From the NCBI GenBank assembly GCA_038087875.1, contig JAXLNO010000385.1, forward strand, positions 1-64,000: DNA of 64,000 bases. Direction: 5' to 3'. Shown piece by piece: positions 21,361 to 34,978 of this stretch. Position 1 is the first letter of the stretch; the number at the start of each line of letters is the position of its first letter. A program made the translations under genes and the position numbers. The notes under the pieces are model-generated. The model was not told the origin of the DNA. It saw only the letters and a program-made list of their open reading frames with translations, and ran no database searches. The stretch comes from Malacoraja senta. Taxonomy: Eukaryota.

Positions 21361-22726
21361 ACCACCCACCCCTCTGTTGTGATGTTGACTAGAATATTAA
21401 AAATTAATTTTACTCAATTTTTTTTAAGTCGCTCCTCCCTGAGGCTCATCAGGCCTCAGTGTGTGATGATGGTGATAATAATCATAAGAGTCATTTGAAT
21501 CATTGACTTTTATTTCATTTGAATAAAATTGTAAGTGGCCGGTAATTACACTTTGAGAGCAAGCGCAAAAGCAAAGATCGTTTTTTTCCTCCGAGACAGC
21601 AAGCGCAAGCAAACAAGCAGCTCTCAGCCTGGTCCTTCATTCTTCATTGTTGAGATCTGCAAAAAATATATATAAGAAACAGGAAACTTAGAGCACTGTA
21701 TTGTGAAGTTATCGCATGTGCTCAGCCAGTCTGTGCCCGTGCCCGTGCCCGCAGCAGCAGCATCTTCACACAGACCCAGACCAAGACCCAAGGGGGGGGA
21801 CCGCGCACACATCTCTCTCATCTTCGGAAAATAAAAGGAAAACAAATCATTTTTTTTAGCTCCACAACTCGATCCCCGTCTGGCGAACACAACCCAGCAC
21901 CATTTACACACAATATCCTGCTATTTATCTCATCGAATCGAGAAGATCGATCTTATGATTATATTAGATAAATATAATATATTTTTATATTTTTTAATTT
22001 TTTTCACAACCCACACGGACCTTGCACGCTTCTCCACACACCCGGAGCATCTTTCACCCTATCTCTCTCTCTCTCTCACACGCGCACGCACCCACACACA
22101 CACAAACACAAAAACACACATAAAACTCTTCACTAGTTTCCACTAACCTCTATCTATCAGCCGATACAAGATTCCTTCAACCTACCTCCGATTCTGCATC
22201 TCTCCGACTCTCCGTGTGTGTCCGTGTGTGTCCGTGTGTGTCCGTGTGTCTCCGTGTCCCCGTACTCTCCAGCCTGCGACTGCTCGCTTCCGCCGCCGCT
22301 CACAAACTGAATCTCTTTCCCTCCTCAAAACGATACAAACCAACCGACCCACCCACCTCCCCTCGCTTCCCATTGGACAAAGGCAGCTGGCAGGCAGGCA
22401 GGCAGGCAGGGGCAGGCAAGATTTTGCAACATCTATTTGCTACATTTATCTGCTAAATTATTTGCTAAATTTTGAAAGATTATTGCTATGCAATGCATTT
22501 AACATCCCAAGGGGTTTACAATATTACTTTCATGCAACGCCCTCCCTCGCTCGCTCGCTCGCTGCATTTAACATTGCAGGTGTGTGTGGGCAAAATTATT
22601 CCAATGGAATGCGTCTATTGCATGTCACATTTCTATTGAGAGGTTTTGCAAGATTTTTGCAAAATTATTGCAATGCAATGCATTTTACATACCAAGGGGT
22701 TGCTTGCAATATTACTGTTAACAATT

Positions 22727-22810
22727 TAACAAGGAACTAACTGCAGATAGATAGATGCTGGAAAATCCAAGGTCGAATCGACAAAAATGCTGGAGAAACT
22801 CAGCGGGTTT
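22727..22810. mobile_element. Fragment of the Penelope-terminus-related repeat (AAATGCTGGAGAAACTCAGCGGG), truncated by a microsatellite
   Basis: Matches 62496-62520 and the arms at 46504-46536 and 61545-61570. Confidence 0.65.
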
Positions 22811-22952
<142 letters not shown>

Positions 22953-23091
22953 AAATAAAGACCAACGCCTTTAGATAAAGATCAACGCCTTTACTCCGTG
23001 TCGAGTCTGGGGACATTTTGCATGTCTCCAATTGCTCTGGAAACTTGTAAAGATGCACCATAGAAACTATACTATCTGGTTGCATCACATC

Positions 23092-24230
23092 CTAGGGAGT
23101 AGAGGGGAGGCGGCTAAAAGGGAGAGGGGAGGGGAGGGAGAAAGGAGGGAGGAGAGAGGGTGGTAGAGGTGGGGGGGAGAGGGGGCAGAGGGGAGGGGGA
23201 GAGGGGGGAGGTGGAGAGAGATTGGATAGGGAGAGGGGAGAGGGAGAGAGAAGAGGGGGAGAGGGAGTAGGGAGAGAGAGAGGAGGGGGGAGCGAGAGGA
23301 GGGGGGAGAGAGAAGGGGGAGGGAGAAGGGGGGAGAGAGAACGGGAGACGGGGAAATGCACGGGAGGGAGGGAGGGGAAGAGGAAGAATAGAGGGGAGAG
23401 AGAGAGAGTACAGGGGAGAGGGGGAGGGAGGGGAGGAGAGAGAGGAGGGGGTGAGTGAGGGGGTTGGGAGGGGAGAGGAGAGGGGGAGTTGGAGGGGGGA
23501 GAGAAGAGGAGGGAAGAGGTGGAGTGGAGTGAGATGAGGAGGGGGAGAGGTGGAGTGGGGTAGAACAGGAGGGGGTGGAGGAGAGGGGGGGAGGATAGGA
23601 GGGGTAGAGGTGGAGGAGGAGGGGGAGTGGAGGGCGGTAGAGAGGGAGGGGGTAGATAGGGAGGGGGTAGATAGGGAGGGGGGTAGATAGGGATGCGGGC
23701 AGATAGGGAGGGGGTAGATAGGGAGTGGGTAGATAGGGAGGGGTAGATAGGGATGCGGGCAGATAGGGAAGGGGTAGATAGGGAGGGGGTAGATAGGGAT
23801 GCGGGTAGATAGGGAGGGGGTAGATAGGGAGGGGGAGTGGAGGACGGTAGATAGGGAGGGGGTAGATAGGGAGGGGGTAGATAGGGAGGGGGTAGATAGG
23901 GAGGGGGTAGATAGGGAGGGGGAGTGGAGGACGGTAGATAGGGAGGGGGTAGATAGGGAGGGGGTAGATAGGGAGGGGGTAGATAGGGAGGGGGTAGATA
24001 GGGAGGGGGTAGATAGGGAGGGGGAGATAGGGAGGGGGAGATAGGGAGGGGTAGATAGGGAGGGGTTAGATAGGGAGGGGGTAGATAGGGAGGGGGTAGA
24101 TAGGGAGGGGTAGATAGGGAGGGGGTAGATAGGGATGCGGGTAGATAGGGAGGGGGTAGATAGGGAGGGGTAGATAGGGAGGGGGTAGATAGGGAGGGGT
24201 AGATAGGGAGGGGGTAGATAGGGAGGGGGG
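23092..24230 (+). repeat. Purine-rich tract grading into a 14-15-bp tandem repeat (GGGAGGGGGTAGATA)n; G-quadruplex-prone
   Basis: Regular units from ~23640 to ~24230 with runs of 3-5 G; irregular GA-rich sequence before that. Confidence 0.93.
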
Positions 24231-25320
<1,090 letters not shown>

Positions 25321-25482
25321 GCAAAGTCTGGGTCGAACATGATGTCAAGATAAATTAATGTAATCTGCTTACTGAAATTGATGGAGATCTCTCAGGTTTT
25401 TGCATATCCACATGCCCATACAAATGCCTCATAAACTCCATTGATACCAACAGCCTCCAACACCGACACGAGAAGAACATTT

Positions 25483-25746
25483 CAATAGACAATAGAACAT
25501 AGTTGCAGGAGTAGGCCATTTGGTCCTTCGAGCCAGAACCGCCATTCAAAGTGATCATGGCTGATCATCCCCAATCAGTACCCCGTTCTTGCCTTCTCCC
25601 CATATCCCCTGACTCCGCTATTTTTAAGAGCCCTATCTAGCTCTCTCTTGAAAGATTCCAGAGAACCCGCCTCCACCGCCCTCTGAGGCAGAGAATTTCA
25701 CAGACACCACTCTCTGTGAGAAAAAGTGTTTCCTCGTCTCCGTTCT
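25483..25746 (-). mobile_element. CR1 LINE 3' end fragment
   Basis: Same 3' UTR (GGCCATT..., GATCATGGCTGATCATCC...) and CAATAGA-type tail as copies at 45330, 53560 and 57325. Confidence 0.85.
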
Positions 25747-26190
25747 TAAAAGATTCAGGCATCGGTCACCCTCGACATATAGAAACATGCCCCACACATC
25801 TCAATTGAACTTTGCCCTCTTCCATCCAGCCTTTGCATTTTCACCAACATGCTAACATTTCAACGCCCTCTCCAAATCCTTTGCATCCTGCAGCGGGGGG
25901 CAGTTCAGTACTCAATGGGTCAGACAGAATTTGTGATGCGGATAGACAGGCGTTGTTTCTCGATGGGCTATTCCCCATATCTTCGTGGTTCCGATACAAA
26001 ACGCCGTCTGTCCATTCCCTGCACAGTTTCTGCTCGACTCGCAGATTTGCTCCATCAATTTGTGTTTTCCACGCATTGTTTACGCCGGCTTCAGATCATC
26101 TGCGGCAAATCTAACGTAGTCAGATATGATGAGAAATGCAGCCGTCAAATAATGACAGAAAAGGTATGTCATAGCGCGAAGTGTGCCGGT

Positions 26191-26848
26191 GCCTGTCCCA
26201 CTGTACGAGGTAATTTAAGAGCTCTCCCGCGTGAGAAAAAAAATCAAACCCGTGATAAGCACGTTGAATGTACGTAGCGGGTACGTCGGAGCTCGGGACG
26301 TCTCTTAGCGGCTCGTACCGATAACGGCAGGTACTCGGGAAACGCGGACAGCTCGTGAAGATTTTTCAACAAATTGAAAAATGTCCACGAGAGCCCCGAG
26401 TACCTAGGAGCGGCTATTACCGTAATTCTCCGAGTTCGAATCAGGGGAAACTGGGGAGAACTCTTGAATTAGCTCGTACAGTGGGACAGGAAGAAAGGGG
26501 GAACAGGGCAGAAAAAGATGGGTGGAGATAAGTCTATGTACGAGGTAATTGAAGAGTTCTCCCGAGTTTTCCCCTGATTCGAACTCGGAGAATGCCCGCA
26601 TCGGGTCGGTAGGAGTTCGTGGATGTCTCGTAGCGGCTCGTACGAGTATTTTTTTTTCTCGTGGACATTTTCCACAGTGTTGAAAAAACGTCACGAGTTT
26701 ACCGGATTTCCAGAGAACCTACCGTTAGCATAACGAGCCGCTACGAGACATCCACGAACTCCTACGGACCCGCTACGGACATTCTCCGAGTTCGAATCAG
26801 GGGAAAACCCGGGAGAACTCTTCAATTACCTCGTACAGTGGGACAGGG
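26191..26848. mobile_element. Two adjacent palindromic MITE-like units (~26191-26490 and ~26536-26848), PIF/Harbinger-like termini
   Basis: CCTGTCCCACTGTACGAG.TAATT.AAGAG.TCTCCC is inverted at 26452-26490. The second unit is an extended inverted repeat ending GTACAGTGGGACAGG. Termini match the MITE at 61398-62070. Confidence 0.8.
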
Positions 26849-27451
26849 GAGTCATGCTTCTCCTGTCGCTCTCTCTTGGCGGAGACAAGGGCTCAAGGAA
26901 AGAGCGTTCACATCACGGCCCCTGTTTCCACCAATATTTCCACCACCACGCACAAGAAGCACAAGAAGCGACAAGACAGACACCATTGTGCAGATGCCGA
27001 GAAGTGTGTTCAGCTCTGGCTGAACGACTTCTAATCTTGTGTGTGGACTCGATAAGAAGAAAGCGGAGACAAGCCCAAAACAGTGTCTGTCAATTTCGAC
27101 GGTGAACTTTCAAATGACGGTGCACACGGCTATTTACTTTGAGCTTCTGGTTCTTGCCCTGTTGTGTTGCCTGCGAGCCAATGACACTCAGCAGATCAGA
27201 ATATCACTAAGGTACAGAACACCATCCGGTTTTACATTCTTTCGCGACTTCCCATTCAAAACGAAATTCCCAAAAAAATTGGTCCAGATGATGCGCTTGT
27301 AATTAGCTCTTATCCACACTGGATTAATTTATGAATTAACTTATCGGATCATGTTATCCCACTGACGGCGACGATTCTCCCCGCTTCTCAGGTTAAGTCC
27401 CGCATCCTGCAGACGTGCTGGAGTGAAACAGTCGCGATATTTAAAAGACCA

Positions 27452-27855
27452 GTCAGTTCATTTTATTTGTATAGCACATTTAAAAACATCTCACGTTGAC
27501 CAAAGTGCTGTAGACCAGAGCAGATACTAATGTGCTACATACAATGGTACATAGAGCTAACAATACATACACAAACTGGTTACAGCGCTCCCTTAGAGGG
27601 CCTCAAAAACGCTATTGTGTAGAAATAGGTGTTGAGCCTCGATTTAAAGAAGTCGATAGAGGGGGCAGTTCTGATGAGGAAAGGGATGCTGTTCCACAGT
27701 CTAGGTGCTGCAACCGCAAAAGCGCGGTCGCCCCTGAGCTTAAACCGAGACCGCGAGATAGTCAGTTGCCCCAAGTCGGCCGACCTGAGGGACCTGGAGG
27801 TAGAATGGTGGGTTAGAAGATTTTTGATACAGGAGGGGGCAAGCCCGTTAGGGTG
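27452..27855 (-). mobile_element. L2-clade LINE 3' fragment
   Basis: Translation LAPS...RSLRSAD...GDRAFAVAAPRLWNSIP is typical of the L2 ORF2 C-terminus; followed on the minus strand by AATAAA and a short tail. Confidence 0.85.
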
Positions 27856-28130
27856 ATTGGACGGGTGCATTTATAGGAAAGGTTAAAATGAATGTCGGGG
27901 AATCGCGGGCAAATCGGACTCGCGTTGACGGCGCATCTCGGTTAGCAGAGACGAATTGAGCCAAAGTGACAGATTCAGTGATGTATGATTCTATAACTTC
28001 TACGAGTGATGGTTCAGTGCAAATGGCCATTGCAAGCTGTTCCGTGTGCGCATGTGCGTAGTGGAGATTCTGAGCAGTTGAATGGGAATATTGGGAGGTC
28101 AAACATTGATGGGAGCAAATGTATGTTGAA

Positions 28131-29056
28131 CTATCGGCGTGGATCAGAGGGCCACGGACGGACAAGTGCACGAATTGCACTCACTGGGAATTTAACCGCG
28201 TTCATCAGCTCAGCTCTAAATTTACTCTGGGTCACCACGTAAATACACGTGTTGGTGCAGGTACTGAGCAGCTGTAAGAACGTCGACGTGACCGTTGTGA
28301 TATAGTAATAACCGGTGGGGGTGCTGTCAACTCGCACCTTCCCAATACCCTTAAAGATGACAAATATGGCCTGTGTTGCCCACAGCAGGACGAAAGTTCC
28401 CGTGATACTGAAGAGTAAAACGATGGATTTCCTGCGGTTCTCCATCTCCGGGTCCTTGTCATTCTCTCCGTTGCTTTTTCCCCGCAGCCCCCTGCGGACT
28501 CTGCTGGCCCCTACAATCCGCCTGACCGTCAGCACATTGAGCAGAAGAATCAGAAAGAACGGGAAACAAGGGGTTAGGACGCGGTGTATGACATTATATG
28601 TGATCCATGCAGGCGACGTATAGAAGGTGGGTTTGGTGTAGCAACCCCAGGGAAGATTATCAAACACGTAGGCAGGTTCTATCGTAAAACACCGGGGGAC
28701 GTTCTCTAAACAGCCCAGCACACTCACTGCCCCGATAATCACAGCCGCCGTTCTCTCAGTGCAATATCTTGTTTTCAGCTTCTCACAGCAAATAGCCACA
28801 AACCGATCGAAGGTGAAGGCGACCGTCAGCCAGACAGAGACCGCGGTGGTTGCAAAGACCAGGAAATAGATAGTCGTGCACACGGGAGTAATGTTCAGCA
28901 AAGAATACGGGAAGTAAATTAGAATAGTCAGACGGAGAAACGGATCGGTGATGCCGACCAGGAGATCAGACAGTGCCATGGCCACCATGTAGAGAGTGAT
29001 GCATTTGGAGAGACCGCATTTACCTCGACAGAGAATCACAATCGCCAACAAGTTCA
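28131..29056 (-). CDS. Class A (rhodopsin-like) orphan GPCR, GPR139/GPR142-like, paralog 1, main coding exon
   Basis: Open frame with 7TM pattern: VNLLAIVIL (TM1), MALSDLL (TM2), AFTFDRFVAIC (TM3), LTPCFPF (TM5), FVLLW (TM6), CTNTCIY (TM7). Pyrimidine tract plus CAG acceptor at 29057-29059, phase 1. The first 20 aa of the track ORF are intronic. Confidence 0.92.
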
Positions 29057-29930
29057 CTGTGAGAGAGAGAGGAGATATTACTGACTTAAGGCCCACACAA
29101 ATGTATCTGAGGGACATTGTCTGATTGGAATGTTTTTAAACTTCAAATTTGATTGACAAAATGACCTTTAGCCCAGACCACGTTCAGAGACTACAGCCTT
29201 TGGACCACGGTGTCCACGCACCTCATTAAACACCAATGTATATTACGTTCACAGCTTTTAATACTGCCCATATTCTTCTGAACTGTCTCCAGATTGTAGC
29301 ATCCATCTACACTGTCCCATGGACAGTAGTTACAGAAATCATTAATAGGCAGGTCAATTGCATGTGGGAGGAAACATGCGCACAGCCAAGATTAGCGTGG
29401 AGTCGGAGGACGAACGATGAAACATTGCTCATAAAGCACGGGTGGGTGGAGATTGAACCTGCGTCTCGGGAACTGTGTGACACCGGCAGCCAGGCACGGA
29501 AATCGCTATCAAAACATGGGAGGGACGGCAACATCGGAAGCTGACCTGTTTGGTGACCGACTCCGAACTTCAGCAACAGCAGCTTCGTCCGCCCCGAATG
29601 GTGGGGCTTGATTCCGCCCGATCGCAGGGCCTTTCATCGGCCGGCGGGGGCTTCAACATCGGGAGCCTCGATCGCCTGGATGCAGCAGGTTGATTTTAAG
29701 CCGCGCTGGGCGATGAAAGGACCCGCGAACTGGCCGATTCAGCCCTTAGAAAGCGTCTGATAAATTCCATATTAAAAAACATAGGTGGGATTGTCCCCCA
29801 CTTCTCAAAGCACCGGGGGGGGGGGGTGGAGCTCCCGTCCCTCCCCAGAATTTCCGCCCCTGTAGGTGGTACTGACTGTGGCACGGTGGCGAGCATGTAC
29901 AGATACATCTGCGGATATAAATTCGAATTT

Positions 29931-32900
29931 CGCTATAGAGCCAACTATAGATAAACATAATAAAATAACAATATTGAAATGTAATTAAATAAAATATTAT
30001 CAGCAAAAGTTATAAGATTATTTCAAATTTCAAAACAGGAAAATTTTGAGTTTGGTGATAAACCGCATAAACTTTGGGAAGTCAATTGAAAAAACGGGAA
30101 AAAGATCATACGATTTTAAAGATTAAATCAGATAAAGTTGAATTGTTAACACTACATAATGATATTAATAAAAGATTTGCTCAATTGTATCAAAATGTAT
30201 ATACATCTAAAACGTCAGCAGAAGTACTAAAGTTATAGAGTTCTTGGATAACTGTAATCTCCCAAAACTTAACCTGATCGAACAAGAGGAATTAGGAGCA
30301 CAAATCTGAATTGAGGAAATAGAAGAAACAATAAACTCACTAAAGGATGGAAAAACACCAGGACCAGATTGGTTTAGTAATGAATTTTATAAAAGATTTT
30401 ATGAGATAATTTCACCACGTTTACATAAAATGTATACATATGCTTTCAAAGAACAAACATTACCAGAAACATTAGCGGAATCAACGATTACACTTATACC
30501 TAAAAAAGATAAAGATTTAGAAGACCCTGGTTCATACAGAGACATTGCGCTGTTAAATACAGATAAAAAAATACCAGCAAAAACATTAGCTAGAAGATTA
30601 AGTAAATATGTTAGTAAATTCATCAATGCGGATCAAACGGGGTTTATACCCAAGAGATATTCATGCAATAATCTGAGACGTCTGTTTAATATAACGCATT
30701 CATATCAAACTGAAGATCAATTATTTCATTGGACGCGGAAAAAGCATTCGATCAAGTGGAATCGGACTACCTTGTTAAAGTATTGCAAAAATTTCAAATG
30801 GGACAGAATTTTATCTCATCGGTAAAACTATTATATGACAGGCCCACTGCTAGAATATTACCTAATAAAATGTTGTCCCCGAAATTTCATTTATCAAGGG
30901 GCAATAGACAGGGATGCTCACTATCACCTCTGCTATTTGTCTTGTAATAGAACCTCTAGCTGAAAGCATTAGAACACATCCGAATATCCATGGTTATAAT
31001 ACAAATACTCAAATAATAAAATATCATTATACGCAGATGATGTACTACTATACATCACAAAATCACAAATCAGTATACCAAATATATTAAATCTAATAGA
31101 GGAATTTGGATCCTTTTCGGGAAATAGAATAAATTGGAATAGAAGTGAAATTATGACGATAAAACCCCAAGACTAAACACACCTGTTAAAATTCCCTTTT
31201 AAAATTGCTACAGAAAAAAATAAATATTTGGGAATTTAAATTTCCAGAAAATATAAATCTTTATTTAATGCAAACTATATGCCCCTACTTAATAAATTAA
31301 ACGCCCTGATTAAATTTTGGAAAACTCTTCCGATGTCTTTAATAGGCCGAATAAATGCCGTAAAAATGATCTTTCTACCTCGAATTTTATATCTATTCCA
31401 ATCAATATAAATATACTTACCAAAAAGTATTTTTTTTAACTGGATTCCGATATCACAAATTTTATATGGGACTATATATCCCATAGAATTCAAAGAAGAC
31501 ATTTGTGCAAACCTAGATAATTTGGTGGATTAACACTCCCTAATTTTTGTATTATAATTGGGCAACAAATGTCAAAAATGTGATTCACCTGTTGGACAAC
31601 TCTGCCCAGCGGCTGGATTGGATAGTAATGGAGAGAGAGGATTGCTTCCCTTTTAATATAGGAGCGATCCTTCTCTCACCAATAAAACTGAATAATACAA
31701 TATACAGTAAAAATCCAATTATTCATAGTACAATTAGAATTTGGAGACAAATAAAATTAACCCTAAAATACAGAAACCTATCGCTTCTCTCTCCCATAGT
31801 TAATAATCCGTCGTTTAAACCATCTATTATAGATAAATCATTTACACCCTGGGAAAGAATAGGAATTAAAACGTTTGGAGACATGTATGAAAATTGATTT
31901 TTTTTTATCATTCCAACAACTACAACTTAAATACAATCTGAGAAGTAATCAAAATTTAAATATTTTCAAATCCGTGATTATTTGAAAAAATATACACAAG
32001 AATATCAAAATTTGTCTCCAGACCTATTAGACGAAGCAATGAGTATAAAGGCGGAATCAAGTAATTTAATATCAAACTTGTATAATGTCATCCTAAATAT
32101 AGAAATACCATCATCCGATAGAATTAGAAGAGATTGGGAACAAGAACTAGCTATACAAATCTCGAAAGAGAGTTGGGATAAACACTTGCTAATCAAATTT
32201 AAAACTTTACATAGACTATATTACTCAAAAATTAAATAAGTAATTTTTTTCCAAATGTCTCCCCCATCTGTGATAAATGTCTGTCCCAAGAAGCAACTAT
32301 AGCGCATGCCTTTGTTTTTTGTATAAAAATCCAAACAATTTGGAATTAAATCTTTGAAATTTTTACAAAATTATTTAAAATAGAACTGAAACCGAACGCA
32401 GAATTGATTATTTTTGGAACAATGGAAGCCAGCTTTGAGCTGACTTCGTTCCAAAAGAGCTTCCTTAATTACGGCTTAATAATGGCAAAAAAACTTATAT
32501 TTAAATTCTGGAAAAACGCTCCCACACCAACGATAAAAATGTGGATTTCAAATATATCCGAAATGTTACACCTAGAAGACATGAGATTCCCCCTAGCAGG
32601 CAAATCAGACCATTTCCAAAATATTTGGTCTCCATTTATCGACTTATTGCAAGCATAGGGTGCAACATAACTTTGAAAATAAATGGTTTCAGGACCCGGT
32701 GAGGGGTGTGTAAAGATACGAAGTAGGGACATCCCTTTTATCTTATTTTACTTTCTTATATCTTCTGTTTTCTATTTTTCTCTTTCTTTTTCTTTGGTTT
32801 TCTTTGTAACTCTTTCTCGTGTTTTACGTTTCTACGGGTTTCTCCTGATCACTCTTTCACGCACTTACTATCTTATCTAACTCTCTCTATTCTTCTGCTT

Positions 32901-33013
32901 ATTAAAGTTTAAAACAAGAAGTGGTACAGGAAATGTATTATGTTATTTTTGGCTCATATCACTGTAATGTACACTACTTCTAATAAATACAATATTAAAA
33001 GAACAAAAAAAAA
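29931..33013 (+). mobile_element. L1/Tx1-clade LINE, 5'-truncated and decayed, antisense in the GPCR intron
   Basis: ORF2 fragments (FEFGDKP, SYRDIALLNTD, QTGF, DAEKAFD, RQGCSLSP, YADD, C-terminal Cys region); AATAAA and A-rich tail; candidate target-site duplication TCGAATTT at 29923-29930 and 33014-33021. Confidence 0.92.
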
Positions 33014-33641
33014 TCGAATTTACAGATCGTCCGAAGGAGAAGATATCAAAATACATAACATTAACTGATATAAAATTACGTGACAGCATCTGTTTACATC
33101 TGAGTTAACATCTGAGTTTACATCATAGTAAAGTCGTGACACCTTCATAGAGTCAGATCCCAGCTCGTGACATTCACTTGCTTTATCTCATGAGCTGTAG
33201 CATTACAGGTCTAACGCGGGATTACGCTTCACGCAGCGACGAGTACAGAAAATATATCGATTATATATTCAGTTAAGCAGGTTTGTCCGATTGGGAACAC
33301 ATGACATTTCACTAACACGTTTCAGACTCTCCACGGAAGGAACCCAAGTTGCCATTCTCACAGCTCCTGACCAACATACCAGGGTGTGATTATCTGATAC
33401 CTGCTCGCTGGTCAGGGCTCTGGCCGGCGCAATCAGTACAGACAGTGATCCAGGCCAGGATAAACAACGGACATGACGTACACATTGCGGCAGTTACAGT
33501 AGGAACATGGATGTCTAACCAAATTAAACAAGTGAATTATTGAAACACAAACAATGTTTGTTTAACGTCGGCAACGCCGGAGTTTACGGAATGTCTCACA
33601 GCTAATGCGCGTACATGAAAATCAGAGACAAACCAAATTAC

Positions 33642-33711
33642 CGAAAACAGCGACAGCCGCTATTGTAGGGTAATATATATCTTGAATTCGGTAGATCAAT
33701 GCATATTTCAT
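33642..33711 (-). CDS. First coding exon of GPCR paralog 1 (MKYALIYRIQDIYYPTIAAVAVF + phase-1 G)
   Basis: ATG at 33711, 70 nt, donor G|GTAATT. It supplies the missing IYYP...hydrophobic start of TM1 and splices in frame to 29056 (70+926=996 nt, 331 aa). Confidence 0.8.
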
Positions 33712-33946
33712 CGCTGGAACACACAATTAACTCCTGTGGCTCCGTCAGTCCGTCATCGCTGTAGCTCTGTGGCGATGCCTTCTGGTGGGCACCGAGATAT
33801 ATAGAGCGATAGGTCTCCAGCGACATGACCTCATCCCTGCTGATTGACATTAGTGACACTCACGGAACAAACACCTTGCGCCACAGCCATTGACTCCACC
33901 ATGGGAGATGACAAGCGAATAATTTAAGGACCGAGGTGATAAACAG

Positions 33947-34035
33947 AGTCTGAAGAATGATCACTGTCCGAAACGTCACCTATACACGATCTCCAAAAAT
34001 GTAGCCTGACCCTCTGTTACACCAGCACTTTGTGT
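33947..34035 (+). mobile_element. Degenerate arm of the hammerhead-bearing Penelope-derived repeat
   Basis: GTCTGAAGAA...CCGAAACGTCACC followed by a diverged GCCTGACC...GTTAC.CCAGCA.TTTGTGT arm; stem II is disrupted. Confidence 0.7.
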
Positions 34036-34264
34036 ATTTTTCACTGAAAACAAAAATATATGCTTTCCAATGAAAGAATGGTCCACGACAATGTGTTACT
34101 TCATTTAATGTTGGTGTGATTTCGATGGACATCTCCAGTGAACCCATCTACTACAGTTTTATTTTCCCCCAAAAAATAAATCATAATTCATACAATGACA
34201 ACACTGATATTGCAAGACATATAAAATTATAAAAGGACTTGACAAGCTAGATGTAGGAAATATT

Positions 34265-34652
34265 CATAGAAACATAGAAACACGGACAATAGGTGCAGGA
34301 GGAGGCCATTCGGGCATTCGAGTCAGCACCGCCATTCATTGTGATCATGGCTGATCGTCCCCTATCAATAACCCGTGCCTGCCCTCCCCATATCCCTTGA
34401 TTCCACTAGCCCCTAGAGCTCTATCTAAATCTCTCTTAAATCCATCCAGTGATTTGGCCTCCACTGCCCTCTGCGGCAGGGCATTCCACAAATACACAAC
34501 TCCCTAGGGAGAAAGTTTTTTCTCACCTGTTTTAAATGGCCTCACCTTTATTCTAAGACTGTGGCCCCTGGTTCTGGACTCGCCCAACATTGGGAACATT
34601 TTTTCCTGCATCTAGCTTGTCAAGTCCTTTTATAATTTTATATGTTTCTATA
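34265..34652 (-). mobile_element. CR1 LINE 3' fragment with (CATAGAAA)n tail
   Basis: IETYKIIKGLDKLDAG motif and the shared CR1 3' UTR. Confidence 0.85.
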
Positions 34653-34814
34653 AGAAATTTCTGTCTCCTTTGCTCAGTCGGACTATGCACAGTCTGACCG
34701 TGTGCTATGTTTCGCTCAATGATGGCTTCCCTCCGTAATCTGCCAAGCCCCCTCACCCCCTCCCCCCCCCCACGAGCACACTGTGTAAGGCATGTGTAAT
34801 TTCAGTGTGATTTG

Positions 34815-34978
34815 GTTTAAGTTAGATACAGCGTGGGAAAGAGGATCTTCGGCCACTCGGAGGAAACTCACGCGGTCACAGGGCGAATGTGCACACTTAC
34901 ACACAGACAGCAGACGAGGGCAGGATAGAACCCTGGTCTCTGGCGTTTTGTAGCAGTAGTGCAACCAATGTGCCGCCC
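34815..34978 (-). mobile_element. tRNA-derived V-SINE (HE1-like), internally deleted
   Basis: Minus strand: GGCGGCAC...GGGTTCTATCC (A/B-box-like), V-domain-like GTGCACATTCGCCCTGTGACCGCGTGAGTTTCCTCCG, and LINE-derived tail GGCCGAAG...GCTGTATCT. Confidence 0.65.

Noticed and set aside
29057..29117. N-terminal extensions of the GPCR ORFs in the track (also 61016-61058)
   Set aside because: They run through pyrimidine tracts and CAG acceptors located at the same codon in both paralogs, so they are intronic.
29540..29865. GC-rich repeat remnant and a CAGGGGCGG hAT-like end on the minus strand
   Set aside because: No partner TIR or TSD found in the window; too fragmentary to classify.
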